A program made the position numbers and the translations under genes. A DNA stretch of 36,333 nucleotides from Octopus bimaculoides. Taxonomy: Eukaryota. The stretch's first letter is position 1. Each line of letters opens with the position of its first letter. Location of the stretch: NCBI RefSeq assembly GCF_001194135.2, contig NC_068986.1:93222350-93258682 (forward strand). Reading direction: 5' to 3'. The notes below the pieces were generated by a model. It was given only the letters and a program-made list of their open reading frames with translations, made no database searches and was not told where the DNA came from. Positions 1 to 9,924 of this stretch are shown here, piece by piece.

Positions 1-180
1 TTTTGTTAGATGTGTGTTTTAACCCCTGTAGAAAACACTGGTTTTGTTAGATGTGTGTTTTAACCCCTGTAGAAAACACTGGTTTTGTTAGATGTGTGTT
101 TTAACCCCTGTAGAAAACACTGGTTTTGTTAGATGTGTGTTTTAACCCCTGTAGAAAACAGTGGTTTTGTTAGATGTGTG
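1..180. repeat. 41-bp minisatellite, about 4.4 copies (may extend left of the window)
   Basis: Unit ttttgttagatgtgtgttttaacccctgtagaaaacactgg at 1, 42, 83 and 124, plus a partial copy at 165-180. Near-perfect identity. Confidence 0.95.
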
Positions 181-407
181 CCCCTCCTCCCCTCATGCTC
201 CCCCTGCCTTCCTGCACATCCCTCTCCCTGCTCCCATTTCTCTCTCAATCACCACCATTTTGCACATACGTACAACACCCAGCCATAGAAACCATGTCAA
301 AGTAGGCAATGGAGCAGAAGGCAATCCTTGGGCTCCTATATCCTGTCAAAATCATCTAATCCATGCTAGCAAGGAACATGGATAGTAAATGATGACACAC
401 ACACATG

Positions 408-439
<32 letters not shown>

Positions 440-451
440 AACACACACAAA

Positions 452-646
452 ACAGATTTCTTTCAATTTCCNNNNNNNNNNACACACACACACAAACACA
501 CACACACAAACACACACAAAACAGATTTCTTTCAATTTCCATCTACCAAATCCAATCACAAAGCTTTGGTCAGCCTAGGGCTGCAGTAGAAAGCACTTAC
601 CCAAAGAGTCACACAGGGGACTAAACCTGAAACCATGTGGTTGGGA
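452..646 (-). mobile_element. Partial tRNA-derived SINE, family A
   Basis: Reverse-complement similarity to the copy at 6061-6472 (ctaccaaatccaatcacaaagctttggtcagcc...accatgtggttgg). Confidence 0.7.
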
Positions 647-1390
647 TGTTCCATGGTATTGTGTTGGTGACAAAGGTGATGGTGGGTCACAATAATGAGA
701 TTACTCTTTAAAACCCTGTCACCATCCCCCCCATCCCAACTGAGCTATGATCAAAAGTGTCACAGCCATGACCATTCCATTTATTATTCAAAGTATATCT
801 GGGTCTTCATTAACCAATTTCTGGTTTTATGTTAATCAGATATGAATGGTGAGATAGCTGATAACGGTTCCCATGTTGAAACCCATGACCTTTCCAGGTC
901 ATTACGAAGAGTGGAACAGAACTGCCAAACTTGTTTACTTCTCCCTCTTTTTCCTTGCCCCCATTTAAAGAATTCCGATGAAATATTTCTGATAAAAATC
1001 TATTCCAAGAATTGAAACCAACATGGTATTTCCTGGTTCTTTGGCATTCCACATGGAATAGTGTTGCAATTATAGTTAATTATGTCTTATGGCCCATTAC
1101 CTAATGCTCAATCTTTTAACCAAAGTGTATTTAGGACTACAGTATCTTGAATATCCTTTCCTTGTTAAAATAGCACGCAGTAATTTAAGGGAAGCTGGCT
1201 AAATATTTGTAGTAGATCAAGTGATTGCATACAGGCTCCCTGTTTTCTTTATCATCATCCTCATCATCATCATCACCTTCATTGTTTTAGCATTCATTTT
1301 TCCAGCATGGGTAGTAGTCTTTAGCTGACCAATTCCTAATTTCTTCTGCAATTGAGATTTCTTTCTTATATGTTTAATATATTCATTATT

Positions 1391-1615
1391 AAGGTGGCAA
1401 ACTGGCAGAATCATTAGCACACCAGACAAAATACTTAGCAGTGTTTCATCCATCTACATGTTCTGAGTTCAAATTCTGCTAAGGTCGACTTTGCCTTTCA
1501 TCCTTTTGGAGGTCAATAAAACAAGTACCAGTTGGGTACTGAGGTCAATGTAATCGACATAACTATTCCCCCAAAATTTCAGGCCTTTCTACAATAGGCA
1601 CAAGACCTGAAATTT
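1391..1615 (+). mobile_element. tRNA-derived SINE, family B
   Basis: Head aaggtggcaaactggcagaatcattagcac...ctgagttcaaattc followed by the central gtcgactttgcctttcatcctttt...gtaccagtt block shared with 3438-3672. Confidence 0.8.
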
Positions 1616-2150
1616 GGGGGTAGGGGTGCTAGTCATTTAACTTGACCCCATTGCTCTTCTGGCACGAATTTTGTCAAGCCTGAAAAGATGAATGGCAAAG
1701 TCCACCTCAACAGAATTTGATCTCAGAATGTAAAGACAGACAAAATGCTACCAGGCCTTTTTGTCTGGCGTGCTAACAGTTCTACCAGATCACTGCCTTT
1801 AATTCTTTCTAATTTTGGCACAAGCCTAGCAATTTTGAAGAGGAGTTGATAAGTCAGTTTCATTGGCCCCAGTGCTTGACTGATACTTATTTTATCAACC
1901 CCCAAAAGAATGAAAGGTAATGTTGACCTTGACAGAATTTGAAATCAGAATATAAAGCTAGAAGAGATGCTGCTAAGTATTTTATGATTCTGCCCGCCTG
2001 CTGCCCTTAACATTGACAATACATAAGACCACATATTTGGAGAAAGGAAATGTCAATTTAATCAATCCCATTATTTGACTGGTAATTTATTCTGTCAAAC
2101 TTGGAATGATGGAAAGTGAAGTCAACTCCTGTGGGATTTGAACTCAGCAT
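1616..2150 (-). mobile_element. Three adjacent degenerate family B SINE copies in reverse orientation (about 1616-1800, 1803-2010, 2030-2150)
   Basis: Repeated reverse-complement core (gaaaagatgaatggcaaagtc / gaatgaaaggtaatgttgacc / ggaaagtgaagtcaactc followed by atttgaactcag-like). Confidence 0.7.
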
Positions 2151-2206
2151 CTAAAGAGTAGTAAGTAAACCTGTAAGAAACATTTTTTCCTGCTTTCTAC
2201 TGATTC

Positions 2207-2532
2207 TGTCATGATGGCACATGTAAAGACATTCGAGCGATATTGTTGCCAGTGCCGCTGGACTGGCTCCTGTGCAGGTGGCACATAAAATACACCATTT
2301 TGAGCGTAGCCGTTGCCAGTACCGCCTGACTGGCCTTCGTGCCGGTGGCATGTAAAAGCACCCACTACACTCTTGGAGTGGTTGGTGTTAGGAAGGGCAT
2401 CCAGCTGTAGAAACTCTGCCAAATCAGACTGGAGCCTGGTGTAGCCATCTGGTTCACCAGTCCTCAGTCAAATCGTCCAACCCATGCTAGCATGGAAAGC
2501 GGACGTTAAACGATGATGATGATGATGATGAT
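2207..2532 (+). mobile_element. RTE-LINE-related 3' end (5'-truncated LINE or RTE-tailed SINE) with (GAT)n tail
   Basis: ttaggaagggcatccagctgtagaaac...aacccatgctagcatggaaagcggacgttaaacgatgatgat is near-identical to 29330-29505 and homologous to the 3' end of the RTE at 8740-9707. Two internal subrepeats at about 2230-2350. Confidence 0.8.
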
Positions 2533-2930
2533 AATAATATACCTAAAATATAATTATTTTTGATTATGTATGAGATCTGCACAGTTTCACTAATTATCAG
2601 GAAAAAAAGGTGTAGTCAGTTTAATTATGAGTTTGTAATAGTCTGCATATAGTTTTCTTTAAACAGGAAATATTGTTCTGGGGTGGCACTGAGTTCTTTT
2701 AAGAAAATTCGATAATTACAAGTGAAAATAACTGAGCTAACATTAGCTTTAAGGCAAACGATAAACCTGTGCATTTTATCACACTGTTTTCAATATGCAC
2801 ACAAACACACACACACAAGATATACACACCTAAAACATAAATGATTATATAATTGTATAATATTGGATCATAGTTAATTCTCCAATATAGAGTGTAACAT
2901 TTTCTTATGGGGGAAAAAACAAAATGGAAA

Positions 2931-3672
2931 TTGGCAGAGCTGTTAGAGCATTGGCGAGAATGTTTTGTGGTATTTGTTCCTGTTCTCTGTGTTCAAATGC
3001 CGCGAAGGTAGACTTTACTGTTCAATCTTTCAGGGTCGATAAAATAAAGTATCAGCCATGTACTGGGGTTGATGTAATCAATTTACCCCTCCCTTCAAAA
3101 ATACTGTGCCAAAATTTGAAATCATCATCATCATCGTCATTGTGATGGTGGTTGTTGTTGAGGCAGTGAGCTGGCAGAATGGTTAGCATGCCGGACAAAA
3201 TGCTTAAGGCATTTCTACTAGATTTACATTCTGAGTTCAGATTTCATCAAGGTTGACTTTACTTTTCATCCTTTCAAGGTCAATGAATTAATTACTTGTT
3301 GACCACTGGGGTCGATGTTATTCACTTGACCCCTTTGCCAAGATTTTAACCCTCATGCTTATAGTAGAAAAGATCATTATTATCATTATTACATCATAGC
3401 TTCTTGATAATTATATTAAAAGAATCATATCTTGAGATAAGGCGGCGAGCTGGCAGAAACGTTAGCGCGCCGGGCGAAATACTTAGCGGTATTTCTTCTG
3501 CAGTTACGTTCTGAGTTCAAATTCCACCAAGGTCGACTTTGCCTTTCATCCTTTCGGGGTCGATAAATTAAGTACCAGTTACGCACTGGGGTCGATGTAA
3601 TCGACTTAATCCCTTTGTCTGTCCTTGTTTGTCCCCTCTATGTTTAGCCCCTTCTGGGCAATAAAGAAATTA
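2931..3672 (+). mobile_element. Three tandem family B SINE copies (about 2931-3125, 3160-3385, 3438-3672); the last is the least diverged
   Basis: Each has a ggcg(a)gctggcagaa head, a ttctgagttcaaattc B-box-like motif and the gtcgactttgcctttcatcctttcggggtcgataaa core. The third copy retains its CpGs. Confidence 0.85.
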
Positions 3673-3784
3673 GAATCATATCTTGAGATTTAGTGACAAG
3701 TTCCTTCAAATCTCAAAGACTAAGAAAGATTTTCACAGAATATAGGATGTCAGTTTTCAGCAACTCAGTTATTGAAGGTTCAAT

Positions 3785-4045
3785 TCATCATCATCATTAT
3801 CATCATCCAGTGTTTTAAACCCAGGTTTTGTCCCCGTTAACAGGGGTGGTCAGATCTACCTCAACGCCATAGCAACCGCCCTAACACCATCTCGCCATCT
3901 TGCCCTGTTTGGGACGTCCTCCCTTTTCAAACCAACCCTCCCAATCTCCTCCTCCTACACCTGTCCCCTCCACCTTTTCCTCGGTCTACCTTGCTTTCGT
4001 GCTCCATTTACCCCAAATGTAATCAACCTCCTGATTCAATTCTGA
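3785..4045 (-). mobile_element. RTE-clade LINE 3' fragment
   Basis: Minus strand reads RRLITFGVNGARKQGRPRKRWRGQV*EEEIGRVGLKREDVPNRARWRDGVRAVAMALR*, the RTE C-terminal GRPRK.W...NRA.WR motif, followed by a short 3'UTR and a (GAT)n tail. Confidence 0.7.
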
Positions 4046-5377
4046 TTCCAAAGACCTGAAAGAAATGTCACTTAGCATTCAGTCCAATGTGGTTCTCTCT
4101 ACCTTCTCCATCATTTCTTCCATGCAGTAAAAATCTATCGTCCTTCATACTTTCCTTCTCTTCCTTGTCGCAGTCATATCTGGTCTCTGTGTTTCTGCTA
4201 CAGGATCACTTTGCTTGCAGAAATCCACATGATCTTGCAATAATTATTTTCAACAACAGATTTTTGGCTTCTGTTGGTGCCATCTTTTAATCTCCCTTCA
4301 AACCAAATTTCTAATTTATCTTTCAGTATGTTTTACTCCATACAACTTTTATTACTGTTTTCTTCTCTATTTTGTAACATCTTTTAAACATTTTTTTTCT
4401 CTCTTCTTATTTTCTTTCTGCTATCTTATTGCATTACGCACACTAAAATGGTTGACAATTTTGTTGACTTACCTATGCATACAACACATACGATATCATT
4501 GATATCATTCGTCTCAGTCTATTGTTTGTTTATACAAGGTTTGTTGTCCTTGTTTAACTTCAAGACAGTTTTGATCAAGTATGTTTATAACCAAAGTTGT
4601 TCCAACCATCACCATCCTGTCTTCTTTCCAGCTATGATTTATAACTACATTATCCAATATTCTTATTGTAACACAGTGGAATGATTTGAAGGATACACAG
4701 CTGTTATTTCTAGCAGATAGAGGCACCTTCATTACTTGTTCTTATAAAATCCTGATTTTATTCTCCTTTCTCTTTAGTACTTTATCGTCATTGAGTCTAT
4801 TCTACTTCTGGATATATCTTCTCATTGCTAAACAAACTGATCATATAACACTCTTTCTATCCAGTTTCTCCTATTTTATCTCTCTTCTTCTTTTGTTTTA
4901 TAACTTTTCTGTTATTTACAACTATATTTTTGTTGTCTATACTTCTCTATATTTACCATTAATCTTCTTGACATAGAAGATTCTATTCCTTTTCCCTAAC
5001 ATATCTCCCTCCTGCTAGAACTACTACATGTACTATATCTGTTGCACCATTCACCCCCCTATACCTTCCCCTTTTATTGCTGTGTACAGTCTCCCAAAAC
5101 TACTGTATTGTAAGTTGTTAAAATTTTTCTGGTTTCCCCATACATTTCCTCATGTCTATTTCCTATCTAATCTTGAATAAAAACTGCTGAATATCTCGCT
5201 ATTAGCATTGCCAGTGTGTTGAACCCTTTAATCATAATTCATTCTGTTTAATTTTCTTTCTAAGATTTCCCTGACTCTTCTCCTACTTTCTTCTTCAAAC
5301 TTCCCTCTTCCTTTTCTCTCTCCGTGTTAAAAGTGTGACATCCTTTCGCATATCAAATTACATCACAATAGAATCAT

Positions 5378-5570
5378 TGTGGCTGGCAAAATCGCTTAGC
5401 AGCATTTTGTCCATCTTTACATTCTGAGTTCATGCGCCGCCGAGGTTGATTTTGCCTTTCATCCTTTCAGGGTTGATAAAATAAGTACTAGCTGAGCCCT
5501 CGAGTTGATGTAATTGACTAGCCCCCTCCCCCGAACTCGCTGGCCTTGTGCCAAAATTTGAAACCAGTAT
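5378..5570 (+). mobile_element. tRNA-derived SINE, family B, inserted in the R4 remnant
   Basis: ttctgagttcatgcgccgccgaggttgattttgcctttcatcctttcagggttgataaaataagtac core. Confidence 0.8.
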
Positions 5571-6060
5571 TTCTGCTGGATATTTTATTCTCATAGACTG
5601 TATCAAAGAATCCAGCCACTTCTGACTGAGTGTGAAGTTTGAGGTCATCCATGAAAGTATTTTGTTGATTTCTTCATTATTCCTCTCAGATAGATGTTAC
5701 TTTGGTTTCCTGTTTCGTAATAAAACAGGTTAATGAGCACAGTGACAAAAGGTGGGAAATATCCTTGGAAAACTCCTCTTTCTACCACAGTTTTATCCAA
5801 GGATTCTTGACACTGTGGCAGTTTTATCTAGAGGTAGATCATGAGTTAGATGGTTGGTAGGTCCAGCCTGAAGGTCTATCAGCATCATTTGGTGATAGTT
5901 ACTTCTGATAAAACCTTCAGGAAGGACATGTCTAAAGATTCTGCCTGCTCGACCCTAACATGAATAAATGGGCAAAGATGATACTTGGATGAATGGAGGA
6001 AAACCTCAAAACCTCCATCAAAACCCCAATCAATTTTAATATTTCATCATCATCATATAG

Positions 6061-6472
6061 GCATAGGAGTGACTGTGTGGTAAGTAGCTAGCTTACCAAC
6101 CACATGGACCCGGGTTCAGTCCCACTGCGTGGCATCTTGGGCAAGTGTCTTCTACTATAGCCTCGGGCCGACCAAAGCCTTGTGAGTGGATTTGGTAGAC
6201 AGAAACTGAAAGAAGCCCGTCGTATATATGTGTGTATACATATATGTATGTATGTGTATATGTTTGTATGTGTGTGTTTGTCCCCCCAACATCGCTTGAC
6301 AACCAATGCTGGTGTGTTTATGTCCCCATAACTTAGCGGTTCGGCAAAAGAGATTGATAGAATAAGTACTAGGCTTCTAAAGAATAAGTCCTGGGGTCGA
6401 TTTGATCGACTAAAGGCAGTGCTCCAGCATGGCCGCAGTCAAATGACTGAAACAAGTAAAAGAATAAAAGAA
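6061..6472 (+). mobile_element. Full-length tRNA-derived SINE, family A
   Basis: A-box-like gtgtggtaag and B-box ggttcagtccc, central (TA/TG)n tract, 3' end cagtcaaatgactgaaacaagtaaaaga. Near-identical to 25454-25822. Confidence 0.9.
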
Positions 6473-7554
6473 TCATCATACATATTTTTTTCCATTTTTG
6501 CCTCTCTACAGTATTTCTATGTGGTTGTCCAAACTTACTCTAATTAAAACAAAATTTTTTCACTTTTTGCTATGCCTAAACAGAAAGGGCAGTTCAGTGG
6601 ATATTGCCCTCTGTCGTGGTTTCCAGCATTGGCACACTGGTCATAGCTTGAATAGCAATGATTGATGGTCTGTCTGCTGGATTGAGAATAACCTAGGGCC
6701 ATAGTTGTTTACTTCGGTGTCCCTTATCTTACTTTTCTGAAGGACAGTCGGTCTTTTCTTCTGATATGATGACATACTTCTGTTAGGCAGCATGCAAGTA
6801 CAAATACACTTTGTGCAATTTAATTGTGAAAGTTTTTATCCAGAATGTTAATTCAATCTGGACCTGGAGCCTTTCAGCTTGAAGTGTTTGTTATGTTCTT
6901 TTTTTTTAATAGAGCTGCTCATATTTTGATATGCTTTTTACCTTTCTGTCTTCAGCAGCTCCTATCTAGATTGCTGTTATTTTTACTAGTATTATTGGAG
7001 AAATGTCCTTTAAAGAAAATAGTTGTACTTTTAATTTTTTTCACTGGCAGTTTGTTTTAAAAACTGAAAAAGAAATTCATTCTGAAATTGTTTCTTTTGT
7101 TCCTCGCACATGCCTGTACATGTGTATGTGCTCACTGTCACACTCACACAACTCTATATCCACCTATCTGTTTGTCTTTATTTTTCTCTATGTCTGTCTG
7201 TCTCTCTCTCTCTCTTTCCTCTTTCTCTCTCTCTTGTTTGAAATNNNNNNNNNNGTCTGTCTCTCTCTCTCTCTTTCCTCTTTCTCTCTCTCTTGTTTGA
7301 AATGATTACCCCCCCCCCACACACACACTTGCATTGTTTTCTTCACGTCTTCATATTCTGTCAGAAAAACAAAACTAAAGCAAACTTCTCGGTGATTCTG
7401 CAAGGCATAGCTGTCAGTTATTTGAATTGTTGCTGGATGTCTTAATCTATCAGATGGTGTTGTCAAGAATGGTGGCACAAAGACTTTCCTGTTGGAAGTG
7501 TTAGTAGTAGTAGTAGTAGTCGTAGTAATGATATGCCCTGATGCAATACAGGGC

Positions 7555-8060
7555 AATAGCTCTCATAGCTTCTGATCTTAACTGATTGGAAGTGTTATCA
7601 CGTACATGATTTGTCTTGGTATAAAAGATGGCCTACAACAAATATTCTGCTTAATACCACAGATTTGCTTGTCATTTGTTTGACCTTAACCAGCTGAGCA
7701 TGTCCTTTAGTGGCTGACGATATATGCGTCTCTGAACACGAGCAGAAGTAGTGGGGGAGCATCATAGCCATGTCTTTGGGGTTTGAATAATTCACCTCAA
7801 AGAGTGTGCTTCATTTTCATCCTTAAACAGCCCACGTTTTCAGTGGGATGGGCTACTCAACCTGAAGAAAATTCTAACTGGGCCCCACCTGCAAGGTCAT
7901 GCTCTGTTTATCTTGATATGAGAACACCATGTCGTGCACATTTGGTTCTGATGCATGTACCTGGTGTACCCTTATCAGACGGGTAGTCATAATAGGTATA
8001 CTGAGCTATGTACATTTTATCCCAGCATCACTTTGATGGCATGCACTGTACTCTCACTCA

Positions 8061-8103
<43 letters not shown>
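7555..8103 (+). mobile_element. Probable retroelement 3' end with (AAT)n tail, family not assigned
   Basis: Non-coding block ending ...cactgtactctcactcagt directly followed by (AAT)n at about 8062-8106. Resembles an abundant octopus repeat from memory only. Confidence 0.4.
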
Positions 8104-8108
<5 letters not shown>

Positions 8109-8397
8109 TATAGAAAGATGAGTTCTTAACTTTTGTATACGATTGCCAAATTCCATCACTAAGGTAAACATAGCTGACGTAATCCATCACTACGGCCATC
8201 TCAATAACAGAAAGCGCAACTCGAAAGTAACTTATTTATTGGTCCTTTGAACAATGACAATATTTCGACATCTCGTGTGTCTTCAGCTGGTCTGGTTCAA
8301 AATAAAATAAATGTCAGTCTAATTCAGCTATGTTTACCTTAGTGATGGAATTTGGCAATCGTATACAAAAGTTAAGAACTCATCTTTCTATATATTA
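8104..8397. mobile_element. Foldback/MITE-like element with perfect 74-bp inverted repeats (8104-8177 and 8324-8397)
   Basis: Left arm taatatatagaaagatgag...aaacatagctga is the exact reverse complement of the right arm. Spacer is 146 bp. Confidence 0.85.
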
Positions 8398-8419
8398 CAT
8401 TTCTGCTGAGTTTATCAGT

Positions 8420-8627
8420 CCTCTAGACAAATACATAACAAAAATAGCAGGACTTACAAATATATATAACATACAGAAAATTGCACTACTGGGTACTGCA
8501 CACATCCTACGCAAAACACTTTCAATACAGTAAACATAAGAGCACCACAGCAAACCACAGCACATACCCAAGGCGCACAGAGCTGCGCTCGGTAGTGAAG
8601 TGAAAGCACGTTATAAAAATAAAACTA

Positions 8628-8669
<42 letters not shown>
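8420..8669 (+). mobile_element. 5'-truncated 3' end of an R4/Dong-type (RLE) non-LTR element with (AAT)n tail
   Basis: Frame ends ...NIQKIALLGTAHILRKTLSIQ* (8533), matching the QK..LLGTA.ILR.L C-terminus of RLE LINEs, then a short 3'UTR and (AAT)n. Confidence 0.7.
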
Positions 8670-8739
8670 TCTTTCTAATTTTGAGAGAGCAGGTAATTAT
8701 GTAAAAAAAAAAATAATAATAATCAAGAATCCTTGTTCG

Positions 8740-9707
8740 GTACCAGATCAATTCTAGGCTGGGCAAAGTTCAGAGAGCTCCTACCCCTGCTGGTAACAAA
8801 GGACCTCTCTCTCAGAGTGAAATGCAGATTTTTTTATGCCTGTGTGCAAACAGCTATACTGCATGGCAATGAAACATGGGCTATGACAGCTGAAAATATG
8901 TGTAGGCTTGAAAGAAATGAAGCCAGTATGTGTTGCTGGATGTGCAATGTTAGTGTGCATGTTCAACAGTGTAAGCATCTTGAGAGAAAAATTAGGCATA
9001 AGAGGTATCAGATGTGGTGTGCAAGAGATGACTGTGCTGGTATGATCACATGATGCATAAGGATGAGGACAGCTGTGTAATGAAGTGCTGATCTAACTGT
9101 GGAGGGAACCTGTTGTAGAGGTAGACCCAGAAGACATGGGATGAAGTAGTGAAGCATGACCTTTGAACTTTGAGCCTCACAGAGGCAATAACTGGTGACT
9201 GAGACCTTTAGCAATGTGCTGTGCTTGAGAGGACCCGTCAAGCCAAGTGCACCCATGCTAGTGGCACATAAAGAACATCTTTTGAACATTGAGCCTCACG
9301 GAGGCAAAGTGACTGAGTTCTTCTCAAGCATTGGGCCTCACAGAGGCAAGGTGGCTGAGTTCCTTTTGAGCATTGGACCTGAAAGAGATAATGACCAAGA
9401 CCTTTGGCATTGTCATGCTTGAGAAGAAGACCGATCAAGCCAAGCAAAATCACAGTCATGGAAGATACCTGTGTCATGCAAATTGGCACCCATGCCAGTG
9501 GCACGTAAACACAACCCGGTGTCAAGCAAATGGCACATAAAAGCACCCATTACATTCTTGGAGTGGTTGGCATTAGGAAGGGCACCCAGCCATAGAAAGC
9601 CATGCCAAATCAGACTGAAGTGTGGTGCAGCCTTCCAGCAAGCCAGCCCAGTCAAACCGTCCAACCCATGCCGGCATGGACAGCAGATGCTAAATGATGA
9701 TGATGAT
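8740..9707 (+). mobile_element. 5'-truncated RTE-clade LINE (post-RT C-terminus plus repeat-laden 3'UTR) with (GAT)n tail
   Basis: GWAKFRELLPLL...LSLRVK...ACVQTAILHGNETW...RLERNEASM..WMCNV, then after a frameshift LREKLGIRGIRCGVQE and GRPRKTW-like. The 3' end ttaggaagggcacccagc...aacccatgccggcatgga...gatgatgat is shared with the short RTE-tailed copies. Confidence 0.85.
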
Positions 9708-9924
9708 ATATAGTTTAACATAAAAGGTGGCTACAGTGAAGTGACATTGCAAAATTAATCCACTCCCAAACATCAAGGGGTCCATTAGAGAGTTGATTAA
9801 ATTTTAAATTTTGTAGCATTTTTTCTGATTGAAGAGACACATCTCTTGGGATAGGATACTAGTCTATTATTTGTTAACTTACCCTGAAGATCTGCTGTCC
9901 AAATTCATGCATAGGCTGTGATGT

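Larger units (their letters stand above)
4085..7060 (-). mobile_element. Heavily decayed R4/Dong-type (RLE) non-LTR retrotransposon ORF, interrupted by SINEs at 5378-5570 and 6061-6472
   Basis: Minus-strand motifs occur in the expected order across frameshifts: KAPGPD (6873-6856), VLQKSKIRDTEVNNYGP, RGVFQG (5779-5762), FMDDLKL (5655-5635), RRRVREILEKKIN, WHQQKPK/SVVENNYCKIMW, QRPDM. The FMDDLKL-type RT motif plus RPD is typical of the R4 clade. Confidence 0.65.

Noticed and set aside
400-540. Direct duplication on both sides of a short N gap (same pattern at 7193-7303)
   Set aside because: Typical unmerged contig overlap in scaffolding, not a biological repeat.
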